NCBI GenBank assembly: GCA_018667855.1 | Contig: JABIRL010000080.1 | Span: forward strand, 10,341 to 74,340 | Source of the DNA: Rhodospirillaceae bacterium | GTDB lineage: Bacteria; Pseudomonadota; Alphaproteobacteria; GCA-2731375 | Length of the DNA: 64,000 nucleotides | Direction of reading: 5' to 3' | Shown: positions 38,675 to 47,459 of the stretch, in pieces | How positions within the stretch are numbered: position 1 is the stretch's first letter | How the letters are laid out: each line of letters opens with the position of its first letter | Translations under genes and position numbers: made by a program | The notes under the pieces: model-generated | Databases searched by the model: none | The model's input: the letters and a program-made list of their open reading frames with translations, nothing else | What the model was told of the DNA's origin: nothing

Positions 38675-39757
38675 TCAGTTCGTCGAAGCCCAGGGATAGC
38701 CTTTTTCCGCGACGATCTTTTTGTATTTGGCATGGATTTTATCAAACTTGGCAAGGAAAGCGTCCGTGTCCATGCCGCGTTTTTTCATTTTTGCGATCCA
38801 CTCCACCTTGAAGCTGGCGGCGGCCGCGACCCATTTTGCGCGCTCGCCACTGCTCAACTGGTGAAAAGCCACCTTTCGGCCATCAATGCCCTTCGTCATG
38901 GCTGTCTTGGCTTCGTCCGAGGCATCCATATACATCTTGGCATAGACATCCATGTATTCATCGGAGGTGCTCAGGATGATGTCCTGCAGCTTTTTCGGCA
39001 TGCCGTTCAACAGTTTGGTATTGATGGCAATGCCATAACCCAGCAGCTGGCCCATGCTGGCTTCCGTCACGTGGGAGGCCACTTCATAATGTTTGTAGGC
39101 CTTCACGAAGGGCGTGTAATTGACGGTACCGTCAATGGTGCCCCGATCCAGGGCCGAATATAGTTCACCGAAACCGATTTTCACCGGTACCGCGCCCAGC
39201 GCCTTGAACAAATGGGTCCAGCCGCCCGTGGTGCGGATCTTCATGCCCTGCAGATCGCCAATGGAGGTCACGGCTTTCTTGGCAGTCAGCAATTGCACCG
39301 GACCGGTGGTGTTATTGGCAATGATGGTAATTTTCTGCCGGGTGGTTTCTTTCAACAATTCCGGCGAATTCTGCCGCATCTCGAACCAGGTGCGCATGCC
39401 GATCCAGGCATCCGAGTGCAGGAAAGGTGTGTTGGCATAATTCCAGACCGGAAATTCTGCCGGCGTGTACACGCCGATGACAGTGCCGGTATCCGATAGC
39501 CCCGAACCCACGGCCTTCATGGTCGCCTTGCCCTTGACCAGTGACTGGCTCCAGAAAAATTTGATTTTGATATCGCCGCCCGAGCGGCTTTCCAGTTCGG
39601 CGGCCCACCATTTCAAGGCCCCGGCGCGTGGCCCGCGCGGCGGGCCGATGTCAGCATAACGAAGATTGTAAACCTTAGCTTCCGCCGATGAATAACCGAC
39701 CGGTGCGGCCAGCAACGCGGTCGCCGCGATGGCGCCACAAAGTGCAAGTTTCAACAT
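38675..39757 (-). CDS. dctP: TRAP transporter substrate-binding protein (DctP family)
   Basis: 360 aa; signal peptide; DctP-type SBP pattern. Confidence 0.85.
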   Translation of the reverse strand: MLKLALCGAIAATALLAAPVGYSSAEAKVYNLRYADIGPPRGPRAGALKWWAAELESRSGGDIKIKFFWSQSLVKGKATMKAVGSGLSDTGTVIGVYTPAEFPVWNYANTPFLHSDAWIGMRTWFEMRQNSPELLKETTRQKITIIANNTTGPVQLLTAKKAVTSIGDLQGMKIRTTGGWTHLFKALGAVPVKIGFGELYSALDRGTIDGTVNYTPFVKAYKHYEVASHVTEASMGQLLGYGIAINTKLLNGMPKKLQDIILSTSDEYMDVYAKMYMDASDEAKTAMTKGIDGRKVAFHQLSSGERAKWVAAAASFKVEWIAKMKKRGMDTDAFLAKFDKIHAKYKKIVAEKGYPWASTN

Positions 39758-40039
39758 ATGTAATCCCCCGATTAAGGTAGAGTTTGGTTATTAATTGTTA
39801 CCTGATTCTTCCCAGACAACCTCCGGAACGATCCCGACACTAAAGATGTTTAATGAAAAATGAAACAGTTTTGCACAGGACGCCGTGTGGAGCAGGTCAA
39901 TCCGCGAAGTTACGCGCGGGCATGAAAATCGCGAATAAACACGCAAAAATCATTCCGCAATCGCAATCATGAACGAATTCGCACCGCCTCCGGGGCCGCG
40001 ATCGACAATTTGCGGCCCCGGGACGGTTCAATTTTGCGG

Positions 40040-40699
40040 CTAGCTGGGATCAGGCACAAAGCGCAGGTATGGCTTCGGCGCCTTCCAGCCATCGGGGTAT
40101 TTCGCCTTTGCGTCCTCATCGGAAATGGCTGGGACAATGATCACATCATCGCCCTTTTTCCAATTGACCGGCGTGGCGACCTGATGCTGGGCCGTCAACT
40201 GGCAGGAATCCAGGACTCGCAGGACTTCGTCGAAATTACGCCCAGTGCTCATGGGATAGGTCAGGGACAATTTGATCTTTTTGTCCGGGCCGATCAGGAA
40301 CACCGTGCGCACAGTGGCATTGTTTACGGCGGTGCGACCGTCGGACGAGCCGGCCTCGTCGGCGGGCAGCATTTCATACAGTTTCGCCACGGCCAGCTCG
40401 GTATCGCCAATCATCGGATAGGTCACCGCATGGCCCTGAACATCCTCGATATCCTTGGCCCAGGCGGCATGGTTTTCAACCGGATCCACGGACAGGCCGA
40501 CAATCTTGCAGTTTCGCTTGTCGAATTCCGATTTCAGGCCGGCCATATAGCCAAGTTCGGTCGTGCAAACCGGCGTGAAGTCTTTCGGATGGGAAAACAG
40601 CATGGCCCAGCCATCGCCGATCCAGTCATGAAAACTGATCGAGCCTTCCGTTGTTTCAGCGGTGAAATTCGGTGCTTCGTCATTAATTCTAAGGGACAT
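40040..40699 (-). CDS. peroxiredoxin, 1-Cys (Prx6-type)
   Basis: Start at MSLRIN with GGAGG RBS; FTPVCTTE peroxidatic-Cys motif; downstream hairpin CCGGGGCCGC..GCGGCCCCGG. Confidence 0.8.
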   Translation of the reverse strand: MSLRINDEAPNFTAETTEGSISFHDWIGDGWAMLFSHPKDFTPVCTTELGYMAGLKSEFDKRNCKIVGLSVDPVENHAAWAKDIEDVQGHAVTYPMIGDTELAVAKLYEMLPADEAGSSDGRTAVNNATVRTVFLIGPDKKIKLSLTYPMSTGRNFDEVLRVLDSCQLTAQHQVATPVNWKKGDDVIIVPAISDEDAKAKYPDGWKAPKPYLRFVPDPS

Positions 40700-40764
40700 T
40701 GTGTCCGCCTCCATGTTGCTTGTTTGTTTACGAATGAGCCCAAGAAAAAGGCCGACGGATTAAA

Positions 40765-41700
40765 TTATACGCAAGCCGCCAATAGGGAACCTCGCAGCCA
40801 TGCTGGATCAATCTGACCGGATGCGCCAATCAAAATCAGTTGAGATTCCTTCTGATCCCGCCCCCATTCCGGCCCGCGTTCGAGGGTATGACGGCGGCCG
40901 ACCAGTTGCAGGATATAGGCATGGCGACAATCATCGCGCAGATAAATTGATCCCTTGGCGCGCAACACGCTGTCGGGCCAGGTCGCGATCTGCGCCTGCA
41001 AGCGGTCCCTGTCCATGGGCCGTGATGTCCGGAATGGCACTGCACGATAATCTTCGTGGTGATTGTCGTGCTGATCGTCGTGGTGATCGGTGTCGAAAAG
41101 GGGTGGACCGCCGTCCGTATGCTGGCCCAACAGGACCGCGGCCGGAAGATCGCCAAAACGGCTCGAAACGATCCGGCTGCCGGGCGCTTGTTGCCGCAGC
41201 CAAATGTTCGTCGCGCCGCATTGTGCGTCGGACAATAAATCCACCTTGTTAAGTATCAGCAAATCAGCGCTGACCAGTTGTTGACGGACGGTTGTACCGA
41301 CGAATTTGTCAACGGCCCGCTTTTGCACGGTCTCGCCATCGGCGACGACAATCACCCCGTCCAGGGACAGGCCGGGCCAGCCTTGTCCATACATGGCGAT
41401 CTTAGCCGGATTGGCGACGCCGCTGGCCTCGATCACGATTTGATCGGGCGGCTCGTCCAGGGCCAGAACCTTGTCCAGGGCGTCCCCCAGGGCATCCGCG
41501 ATGGTGCAACAGACGCATCCGTTGGAGAGCGCGATGGTATCACCGTCATGGGCCACGATCAGCTTGGCATCGATGTTGATGGCGCCAAAATCATTGACCA
41601 GAACCGCCAGCCGCCGGCCGTGACCGCCAGCCAGCAAACCATTGATCAGGGTGGTCTTGCCCGCCCCCAGATAGCCGCCCACCACCGTGACGGGGATCAT
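40765..41700 (-). CDS. COG0523-family GTPase (CobW/ZigA/ZNG1-like putative zinc metallochaperone)
   Basis: GGYLGAGKTTL P-loop, hallmark CxCC (GCVCCT) motif, His-rich stretch DTDHHDDQHDNHHEDY; ATG 2 nt after the upstream amidohydrolase stop. Confidence 0.8.
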   Translation of the reverse strand: MIPVTVVGGYLGAGKTTLINGLLAGGHGRRLAVLVNDFGAINIDAKLIVAHDGDTIALSNGCVCCTIADALGDALDKVLALDEPPDQIVIEASGVANPAKIAMYGQGWPGLSLDGVIVVADGETVQKRAVDKFVGTTVRQQLVSADLLILNKVDLLSDAQCGATNIWLRQQAPGSRIVSSRFGDLPAAVLLGQHTDGGPPLFDTDHHDDQHDNHHEDYRAVPFRTSRPMDRDRLQAQIATWPDSVLRAKGSIYLRDDCRHAYILQLVGRRHTLERGPEWGRDQKESQLILIGASGQIDPAWLRGSLLAACV

Positions 41701-41702
41701 GT

Positions 41703-43376
41703 TCAGGCCTTTTTGGCCGGTACCATGGGAAATGGCCGGCCTTCGAATACCGTGCCCCAAATGGGTATCTCACGCAGATTTTCGGCGCCCACCTCGTAAG
41801 GATCCTGCTCCAGAATGGTAAAATCAGCGGTCTTGCCGGACCGGATGCTGCCGATTTCGTGCTCCAGACCCAGGATATAGGCCGCATCTATGGTGATCGC
41901 GCGCAGGGCCTGGTCCAGGGTCAGGCGTTCCTCCGGCCCCATGACATGACCGGCTTCGCTGATCCTGGTGGCCGCCACCCAGGCGCTGTTCAAAGGCAGG
42001 GCCGGTGCCATGGTGAAATCCGTATGCAGGGCCGTGGTCACGTTATGCCGCGCCAGGGTACCCAGGCGGGACATTTGCGAGGCCCGTTCGTGGCCCAGCT
42101 TATTCTTCCAATAGGCATCCCCCAGTTCATGGACGTAATAGATATTGACCGAGGCCAAGGCACCCAGATCCGCCATGCGGCGGACCTGCTCGGGCGTGGA
42201 GACGCCGAAATGCTCAATGGTGAAACGATGGTTGAAGCGGGGCCGCTCCCATTGCAGCTTTTCCAGGGTATCAAGCGCCAGTTCCACGCCCATATCGCCG
42301 GAACAGTGAACATGGATCTTGAAACCTTCATTCCAATAGGTCCGCGCGACGTCTTCGAAAATTTCCGGCGGCGTCATCCACTCGCCCTCGCTGCCGTCAA
42401 TGGCGCCGGGCGCTCCTAATTGCATCAGACCGGCATAAAAGCCGCCGTCGGCAAACAGTTTGACATGATCATAAAACCGCAGGCGGTGGGTGTTGCGCTC
42501 TCGCAGGCCGACGGTTCTTTTAACTAAATCGCTGCCGCTCTTCCTGCCGCCGCCGAGGGCGACGCCAGGCGGAATCATCTGCACCCGAAACGGTGTGTCT
42601 TCCTGTTCCAGAACCTTGACCAGAGCGCCCCACTCCATTTCCAGGTCAAACATGCCCGCCGCCATGTCGCCAATTGTCGTATGGCCGCCGTGATGAACTA
42701 CCTGCCGTAACCGGTCCAAACCACCCTCAAACCGCTTTGGCGCCAGGGTGTAAGGATTAAAATAGCGAAAGGCCAGGGACAGCCCGGTCTCGAAAAACCG
42801 CCCCTCGGCCATGTCGACCTGGGGGTGGCGTTCGCCATCTGCCTCGTCCATGCCCATCCATTCCACCGCGGCGTCGTTGACCACAAGGGTATGGAAGCCG
42901 CGATGCCAGACGATGACGGGCCGGGTGGCGGAGATGCCGTTCAGGGTCTGGCGGTCCACTTCGCCATGCCAGATCGGATGATGGCCCCAGGAAAAAAGCG
43001 GCTCGTCCGGATCCTCCGTCTCCAGGTCGATCTGCTTCAGGCGGTCCAGAAATTCGTTGTTGCCCCGAATGGCGGGGACATCCTGCCAGGGCAGGTGCCA
43101 TTCCAGGGCCGTGGTGAAATGCATGGGCAACAGCAGAGCCGCCATGGACGGATGCAGATGCGGGTCGATAAAGCCCGGCATGATGACGTGATCGCGAAAC
43201 CGCTCGTCAATTCTGTGAGGGTGAGCCTGCAGCCAGGGCTGCATCGTCTCCAGACTACCGACTTCAACGATCTGGCTGCCTCTGACGGCAACCGCCTCGG
43301 CCAGGGGCAGGGCCGGCTCCATGGTCCGCACCACCTTGGCGGGGTAAACAATAATCTCTTCCATACGCTCCTCCAT
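41703..43376 (-). CDS. amidohydrolase_3 family metal-dependent hydrolase (YtcJ/NfdA-like)
   Basis: Start at MEERMEEII overlapping the MFS stop (TGATG); PGFIDPHLHP metal-binding motif; 557 aa. Confidence 0.75.
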   Translation of the reverse strand: MEERMEEIIVYPAKVVRTMEPALPLAEAVAVRGSQIVEVGSLETMQPWLQAHPHRIDERFRDHVIMPGFIDPHLHPSMAALLLPMHFTTALEWHLPWQDVPAIRGNNEFLDRLKQIDLETEDPDEPLFSWGHHPIWHGEVDRQTLNGISATRPVIVWHRGFHTLVVNDAAVEWMGMDEADGERHPQVDMAEGRFFETGLSLAFRYFNPYTLAPKRFEGGLDRLRQVVHHGGHTTIGDMAAGMFDLEMEWGALVKVLEQEDTPFRVQMIPPGVALGGGRKSGSDLVKRTVGLRERNTHRLRFYDHVKLFADGGFYAGLMQLGAPGAIDGSEGEWMTPPEIFEDVARTYWNEGFKIHVHCSGDMGVELALDTLEKLQWERPRFNHRFTIEHFGVSTPEQVRRMADLGALASVNIYYVHELGDAYWKNKLGHERASQMSRLGTLARHNVTTALHTDFTMAPALPLNSAWVAATRISEAGHVMGPEERLTLDQALRAITIDAAYILGLEHEIGSIRSGKTADFTILEQDPYEVGAENLREIPIWGTVFEGRPFPMVPAKKA

Positions 43377-44899
43377 CAGGCGTCCTCCCCCTTCGGCATG
43401 CGCACCAGCCAGATCAGAGGCAAGGGAATAATGGCAATAACGGCGTACACGCGGAAGGCATTTATATAACCGATCATGGCCGCTTGACGCTTGATCTCGC
43501 CCGATGTCGCGGCAAGGCCCTGCACGGTCCCCAGATCCAGCACTCCCGTGACCCATGGCAAGGTCAATAACTTCGAAAATTCCGACAGCGGCATGCCCAA
43601 TTCCGCGCTGTTGACAAAGGTCGAGCGGATCACCACCGCAACGCAGATGGAGATGAACAGAGACGATGAAAAGTTGCGGAACATATGAAACACCGCCGAG
43701 GCATCATCGAGAAATTCCGGTCGAACCGTGGAAAACATGATCAGGGTCAGAGGTACCCAGGACATTCCGATTCCGAGGCCTTGCAACGCGCCGGTCCAAG
43801 CCACGTCGAAATAGGTCACGTTCACATCGAATTGCGAGATGGCATAGCCAGAGATCGCCTGACAGAGAAAGCCAAAGCTCAATGTCGCATGCACATTCCA
43901 TTGCGCCAGACGGATAACCAGCAGAAAGGACAGCAAATTGCCGGCGCCGCGAATGGCCAGCAGGATGCCGATGGTGGAATCCGGAAATCCGCGCAGATCC
44001 TGCAACATGGACGGCATCAAGACCAGGGGAACAAAGTTCAGCATGCCGAACATAAAGGCCAGAACCACGCCGATACAGTAGTTGCGGTTCAGAAACAGTT
44101 TCGGGCTGATAAAGGGCCGTTCGGCTGTGGTGATATGGACCAAAAATATATAAGCGGCCAGAAAACCGACGGTGCATTCGATGATGGTCTCGGGCGACTC
44201 GAACCAGGAATTGCGCTCGCCACGGTCGAACATGAATTGAAATGCGGCCAAGGCGGCGGCCAGGGCCAGAAAGCCGAGCCAATCCAGGGGTGCGCCCTTG
44301 GGCCGGTTGGGCCGCCGTTTGATGAAGACCCAGATCGCGGCGAAGGTCATGACGCCGAAGGGCACGATCATGAAAAACACCCAGCGCCAGCTGTATTCCT
44401 CGGCGATGGTGCCGCCGAAGGTGGGACCGATGATCGGCCCCATGACCACGCCCACACCCCACAGCGCGGTGGCCAGACTGTGTTGGCTGCGGGGAAATGT
44501 GTCCAGAATGATGGCTTGCGAGACGGGCACCAGGGGAGCGCCAAAAGCACCCTGCAAAATACGATACAGCACCAGGGCCTCCAAACTGTCGGCCAAACCG
44601 CACAGCACGGAAGCGATGGTAAAGCCCAGGGTGCCCAGCAGCAGCACGTTGCGCCGGCCGAACCGGTTCGACAGCCAGCCCGAAATAGGCGTCATGACGG
44701 CGGTCGCCACCAGATTGAAGGTAATCACCCAGGCCACCTGATCCGGCGTCGCCGACAGGGCGCCACGCATTTGCGGCAGCACCACGTTGGCGACGGTGAT
44801 CGCCATGGCGTACAGCATTGTTGCGGATGATACGGTAGCCAGCACAATGAAGCGGCGCGACGCCGGCACCATTGTGGCCGGATCGGCGGTTATGGTCAT
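43376..44899 (-). CDS. MFS transporter, DHA2 (EmrB/QacA, 14-TMS) family
   Basis: 507 aa; GxLaDrxGrkxxl-type motif (LSNRFGRRNVLLLG), 14 hydrophobic segments. Confidence 0.85.
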   Translation of the reverse strand: MTITADPATMVPASRRFIVLATVSSATMLYAMAITVANVVLPQMRGALSATPDQVAWVITFNLVATAVMTPISGWLSNRFGRRNVLLLGTLGFTIASVLCGLADSLEALVLYRILQGAFGAPLVPVSQAIILDTFPRSQHSLATALWGVGVVMGPIIGPTFGGTIAEEYSWRWVFFMIVPFGVMTFAAIWVFIKRRPNRPKGAPLDWLGFLALAAALAAFQFMFDRGERNSWFESPETIIECTVGFLAAYIFLVHITTAERPFISPKLFLNRNYCIGVVLAFMFGMLNFVPLVLMPSMLQDLRGFPDSTIGILLAIRGAGNLLSFLLVIRLAQWNVHATLSFGFLCQAISGYAISQFDVNVTYFDVAWTGALQGLGIGMSWVPLTLIMFSTVRPEFLDDASAVFHMFRNFSSSLFISICVAVVIRSTFVNSAELGMPLSEFSKLLTLPWVTGVLDLGTVQGLAATSGEIKRQAAMIGYINAFRVYAVIAIIPLPLIWLVRMPKGEDA

Positions 44900-45015
44900 G
44901 GCGGATATATATCAGGCAATCGTGGTCGGCACGAGAAATTAGCTGATAGTAAAGGCTGGCGGCAACGATGTGCGCTGCATTAGTATGCGCACCGCGGATT
45001 GTACAAAGGGTAATC

Positions 45016-46452
45016 ATGGCCGGGACTGATGTAACACGCCGTTTGGCGGCTATTTTGGCGGCGGATGTCGTTGGCTACAGCAAAATGATGGGCGTGGACG
45101 AGGCCGGTACCTTGGCTTCATTGCGCGACATCTGGCGGGACAATTTCAATCCCTGCATCAAGGAATTCAATGGCCGCGTCGCGAAAATGATGGGTGACGG
45201 GGCCTTGGCGGAATTCGCCTCGGTCGTCGATGCGGTCTCCTGCGCCGTGGCCTTTCAGGAACGCATGGCGAAACACAATTCCGGCGCCGGCACCGATCAT
45301 TCCGGCGGCATGATAGAATTCCGCATCGGCGTCAATCTGGGCGACATCTGGATCGAAGACGGCGATATTTTCGGCGACGGCGTCAACATCGCGGCCCGTC
45401 TGGAAGGTCTCGCGCCGGCGGGCGGCGTCCTGACCTCGGACAGCGTTTATGCCCAAATTGTCGGCAAAATTGACGCCGTGTTCACGGATGCCGGCGAGCA
45501 GCAGTTGAAGAATATCGATCGTTCCCTGCGGTGCTGGCAATGGGATGGCAAGACACCGGCCACGGCCTCGGATAATGAACAGTCAGTGTCTTCACCGTCC
45601 CTGGAACAAAAAATCAGCTTCTGCACATCTTTGGATGGCGCTGAGATCGCCTACGCCACATCCGGTACCGGGCCGCCTCTGGTCAGGGCGCCCCATTGGA
45701 TGAGCCATCTGGAGTTTGACTGGCTATCCCCAATCTGGCGCCATGTTCTGACGGCATTGAGCCAGGATCATACGCTGGTCCGCTTTGATCAACGGGCCAA
45801 TGGCCTGTCCGATTGGGATGTGGACGACGTGTCTTTTGAAGCATTTGTGCATGATCTGGCGGCGGTGGTCGATGCCGCGAAGCTGGACCGCTTCCCGCTG
45901 TTCGGCATCTCCCAGGGCTGCGCCATCTCCATCGCCTATGCAGTGCGTAATCCGGAACGGGTCAGCTGTCTGATCCTGTACGGCGGCTTTGCCCGCGGCT
46001 CCGAAAAAAGAGGCTCCGAGACGACCGCCGCCCAGGCCATCGCCATGCGCACCTTGATCCAAACTGGCTGGGGCCAGGACAACCCTGCCTTTCGGCAGAT
46101 GTTTACCTCGAGCTTTTTGCCCGGCGGCACGGTCGAGCAGTGGGATTGGTTTAACGAATTGCAGCGGGTCAGCGTCTCACCGGAAAACGCCGTACGGATT
46201 CGCCAGGCGAACGACAATGTCGATGTCTCCGATTTACTAGAACGAGTTACCGTGCCGACCCTGGTGCTGCATTGCAAGGACGATGGTATCGTCCCCTTCA
46301 GCGAAGGCCGCCGCATGGCTGCCATGATCCCCAACGCGCGGTTCGTGCCGCTGGAAGGCAAAAATCATCTAATTTTGGAAGACGAACCCGCCTGGCCGAT
46401 ATTCCTGGAGGAAATACGAAATTTCCTCGCCCAGACCAGCGGCGCCGGCTAG
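45016..46452 (+). CDS. adenylate/guanylate cyclase-homology domain fused to alpha/beta hydrolase domain
   Basis: Start at MAGTDV; N-terminal CHD (ADVVGYSKMMG, MGDGALAEF) followed by an alpha/beta hydrolase fold (GISQGCAIS nucleophile elbow). Confidence 0.75.
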   Translation: MAGTDVTRRLAAILAADVVGYSKMMGVDEAGTLASLRDIWRDNFNPCIKEFNGRVAKMMGDGALAEFASVVDAVSCAVAFQERMAKHNSGAGTDHSGGMIEFRIGVNLGDIWIEDGDIFGDGVNIAARLEGLAPAGGVLTSDSVYAQIVGKIDAVFTDAGEQQLKNIDRSLRCWQWDGKTPATASDNEQSVSSPSLEQKISFCTSLDGAEIAYATSGTGPPLVRAPHWMSHLEFDWLSPIWRHVLTALSQDHTLVRFDQRANGLSDWDVDDVSFEAFVHDLAAVVDAAKLDRFPLFGISQGCAISIAYAVRNPERVSCLILYGGFARGSEKRGSETTAAQAIAMRTLIQTGWGQDNPAFRQMFTSSFLPGGTVEQWDWFNELQRVSVSPENAVRIRQANDNVDVSDLLERVTVPTLVLHCKDDGIVPFSEGRRMAAMIPNARFVPLEGKNHLILEDEPAWPIFLEEIRNFLAQTSGAG

Positions 46453-46557
46453 AGCAACCCGCGGTCAATTGGATTCAATTGACCGCGGATAAGTTGCTCT
46501 ATCTTAAAGGTTTTAGCGCATGGCCTCGCGTTCAATTGAACGCGACATGCGCTAACC
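46449..46557 (-). repeat. palindromic intergenic repeat element, family A copy 2 (inverted relative to copy 1)
   Basis: Reverse complement is near-identical to 8245-8355; termini supply the TAG stop of the cyclase-hydrolase gene and the CTA (TAG) stop of the small minus-strand ORF. Confidence 0.8.
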
Positions 46558-46803
46558 GCCCAACGACAAATCGGCACCGGGCAAGGGCGCCTTGCCGCCG
46601 ACCCTGTGCGTGACCATGCGCCGATACAGGCCGGTAATCGCGTTGCTGCCCGTGCGCCCAAACATGAAGGGAAAGACGCCGTGCATCAAACAGGCCATGC
46701 CGGCCACTAGCATGGTCATGCCAAAACCCGTGGCGGTCACAAAATGTTCGCCATAGCTTTCGCCCACGGAGGCAGGATGTTCGGTAAAGGAAATAGGCGT
46801 CAT
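46552..46803 (-). CDS. hypothetical small membrane protein (83 aa)
   Basis: One to two hydrophobic segments; divergent from the lrp gene; not confidently assigned to a family. Confidence 0.35.
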   Translation of the reverse strand: MTPISFTEHPASVGESYGEHFVTATGFGMTMLVAGMACLMHGVFPFMFGRTGSNAITGLYRRMVTHRVGGKAPLPGADLSLGG

Positions 46804-46932
46804 GAAAAGATCCCCAACTCAGTCTGAGCAAAATTCTGGGAATAATATAATGCGCATCACTAGATAAATTATTGCAAAACCTCAGATTATTTCGCTAAAT
46901 AGTGCGGTTTCATGCTAAAATATTATCCATAA

Positions 46933-47427
46933 TTGGAATTATTTGCTGTAACTGACTTAACAAAAGGTAAAAATCTCGTGGATGACTTTGATCGTCGCAT
47001 CTTGCGGATCTTGCAGGCGGATGCATCGCTGTCGGTGGCTGTCGTCGCGGAACAGGTTGGCTTGTCGCCAACCCCGTGTTGGCGACGCATCCAGAAGCTG
47101 GAAGCCAGCGGAATTATCCGCAGCCGGGTGGCCTTGCTAGACGCCGACCAATTGGATTTGGGTCTGACGGTCTTTGTGCATCTGCGCATCGCGCGCCATG
47201 ACAGTGATTGGCTGGCGAACTTTACCCGCGCCATGATGACCATGCCGGAAGTGCTGGAAGTCAGCCGTCTGGCCGGCAATTGGGACTATCTATTGCGGGT
47301 TCTGGTCGCCGACATGCCGGCCTATGACCGGTTTTACAAGCGACTGATCGAGATTGACGGCCTGAACGATGTCTCGTCCAGCTTCTCCATGGAGCAGATC
47401 AAATACACCACCGCCCTGCCGCTATAG
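46933..47427 (+). CDS. Lrp/AsnC family transcriptional regulator
   Basis: HTH (RRILRILQADASLSVAVVAEQVGLSPTPCWRRIQKL) plus RAM domain; true start may be the GTG at 46978. Confidence 0.8.
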   Translation: MELFAVTDLTKGKNLVDDFDRRILRILQADASLSVAVVAEQVGLSPTPCWRRIQKLEASGIIRSRVALLDADQLDLGLTVFVHLRIARHDSDWLANFTRAMMTMPEVLEVSRLAGNWDYLLRVLVADMPAYDRFYKRLIEIDGLNDVSSSFSMEQIKYTTALPL

Positions 47428-47459
47428 GGCGCGTCTCGACCGTACCACGAACCGCCGGA

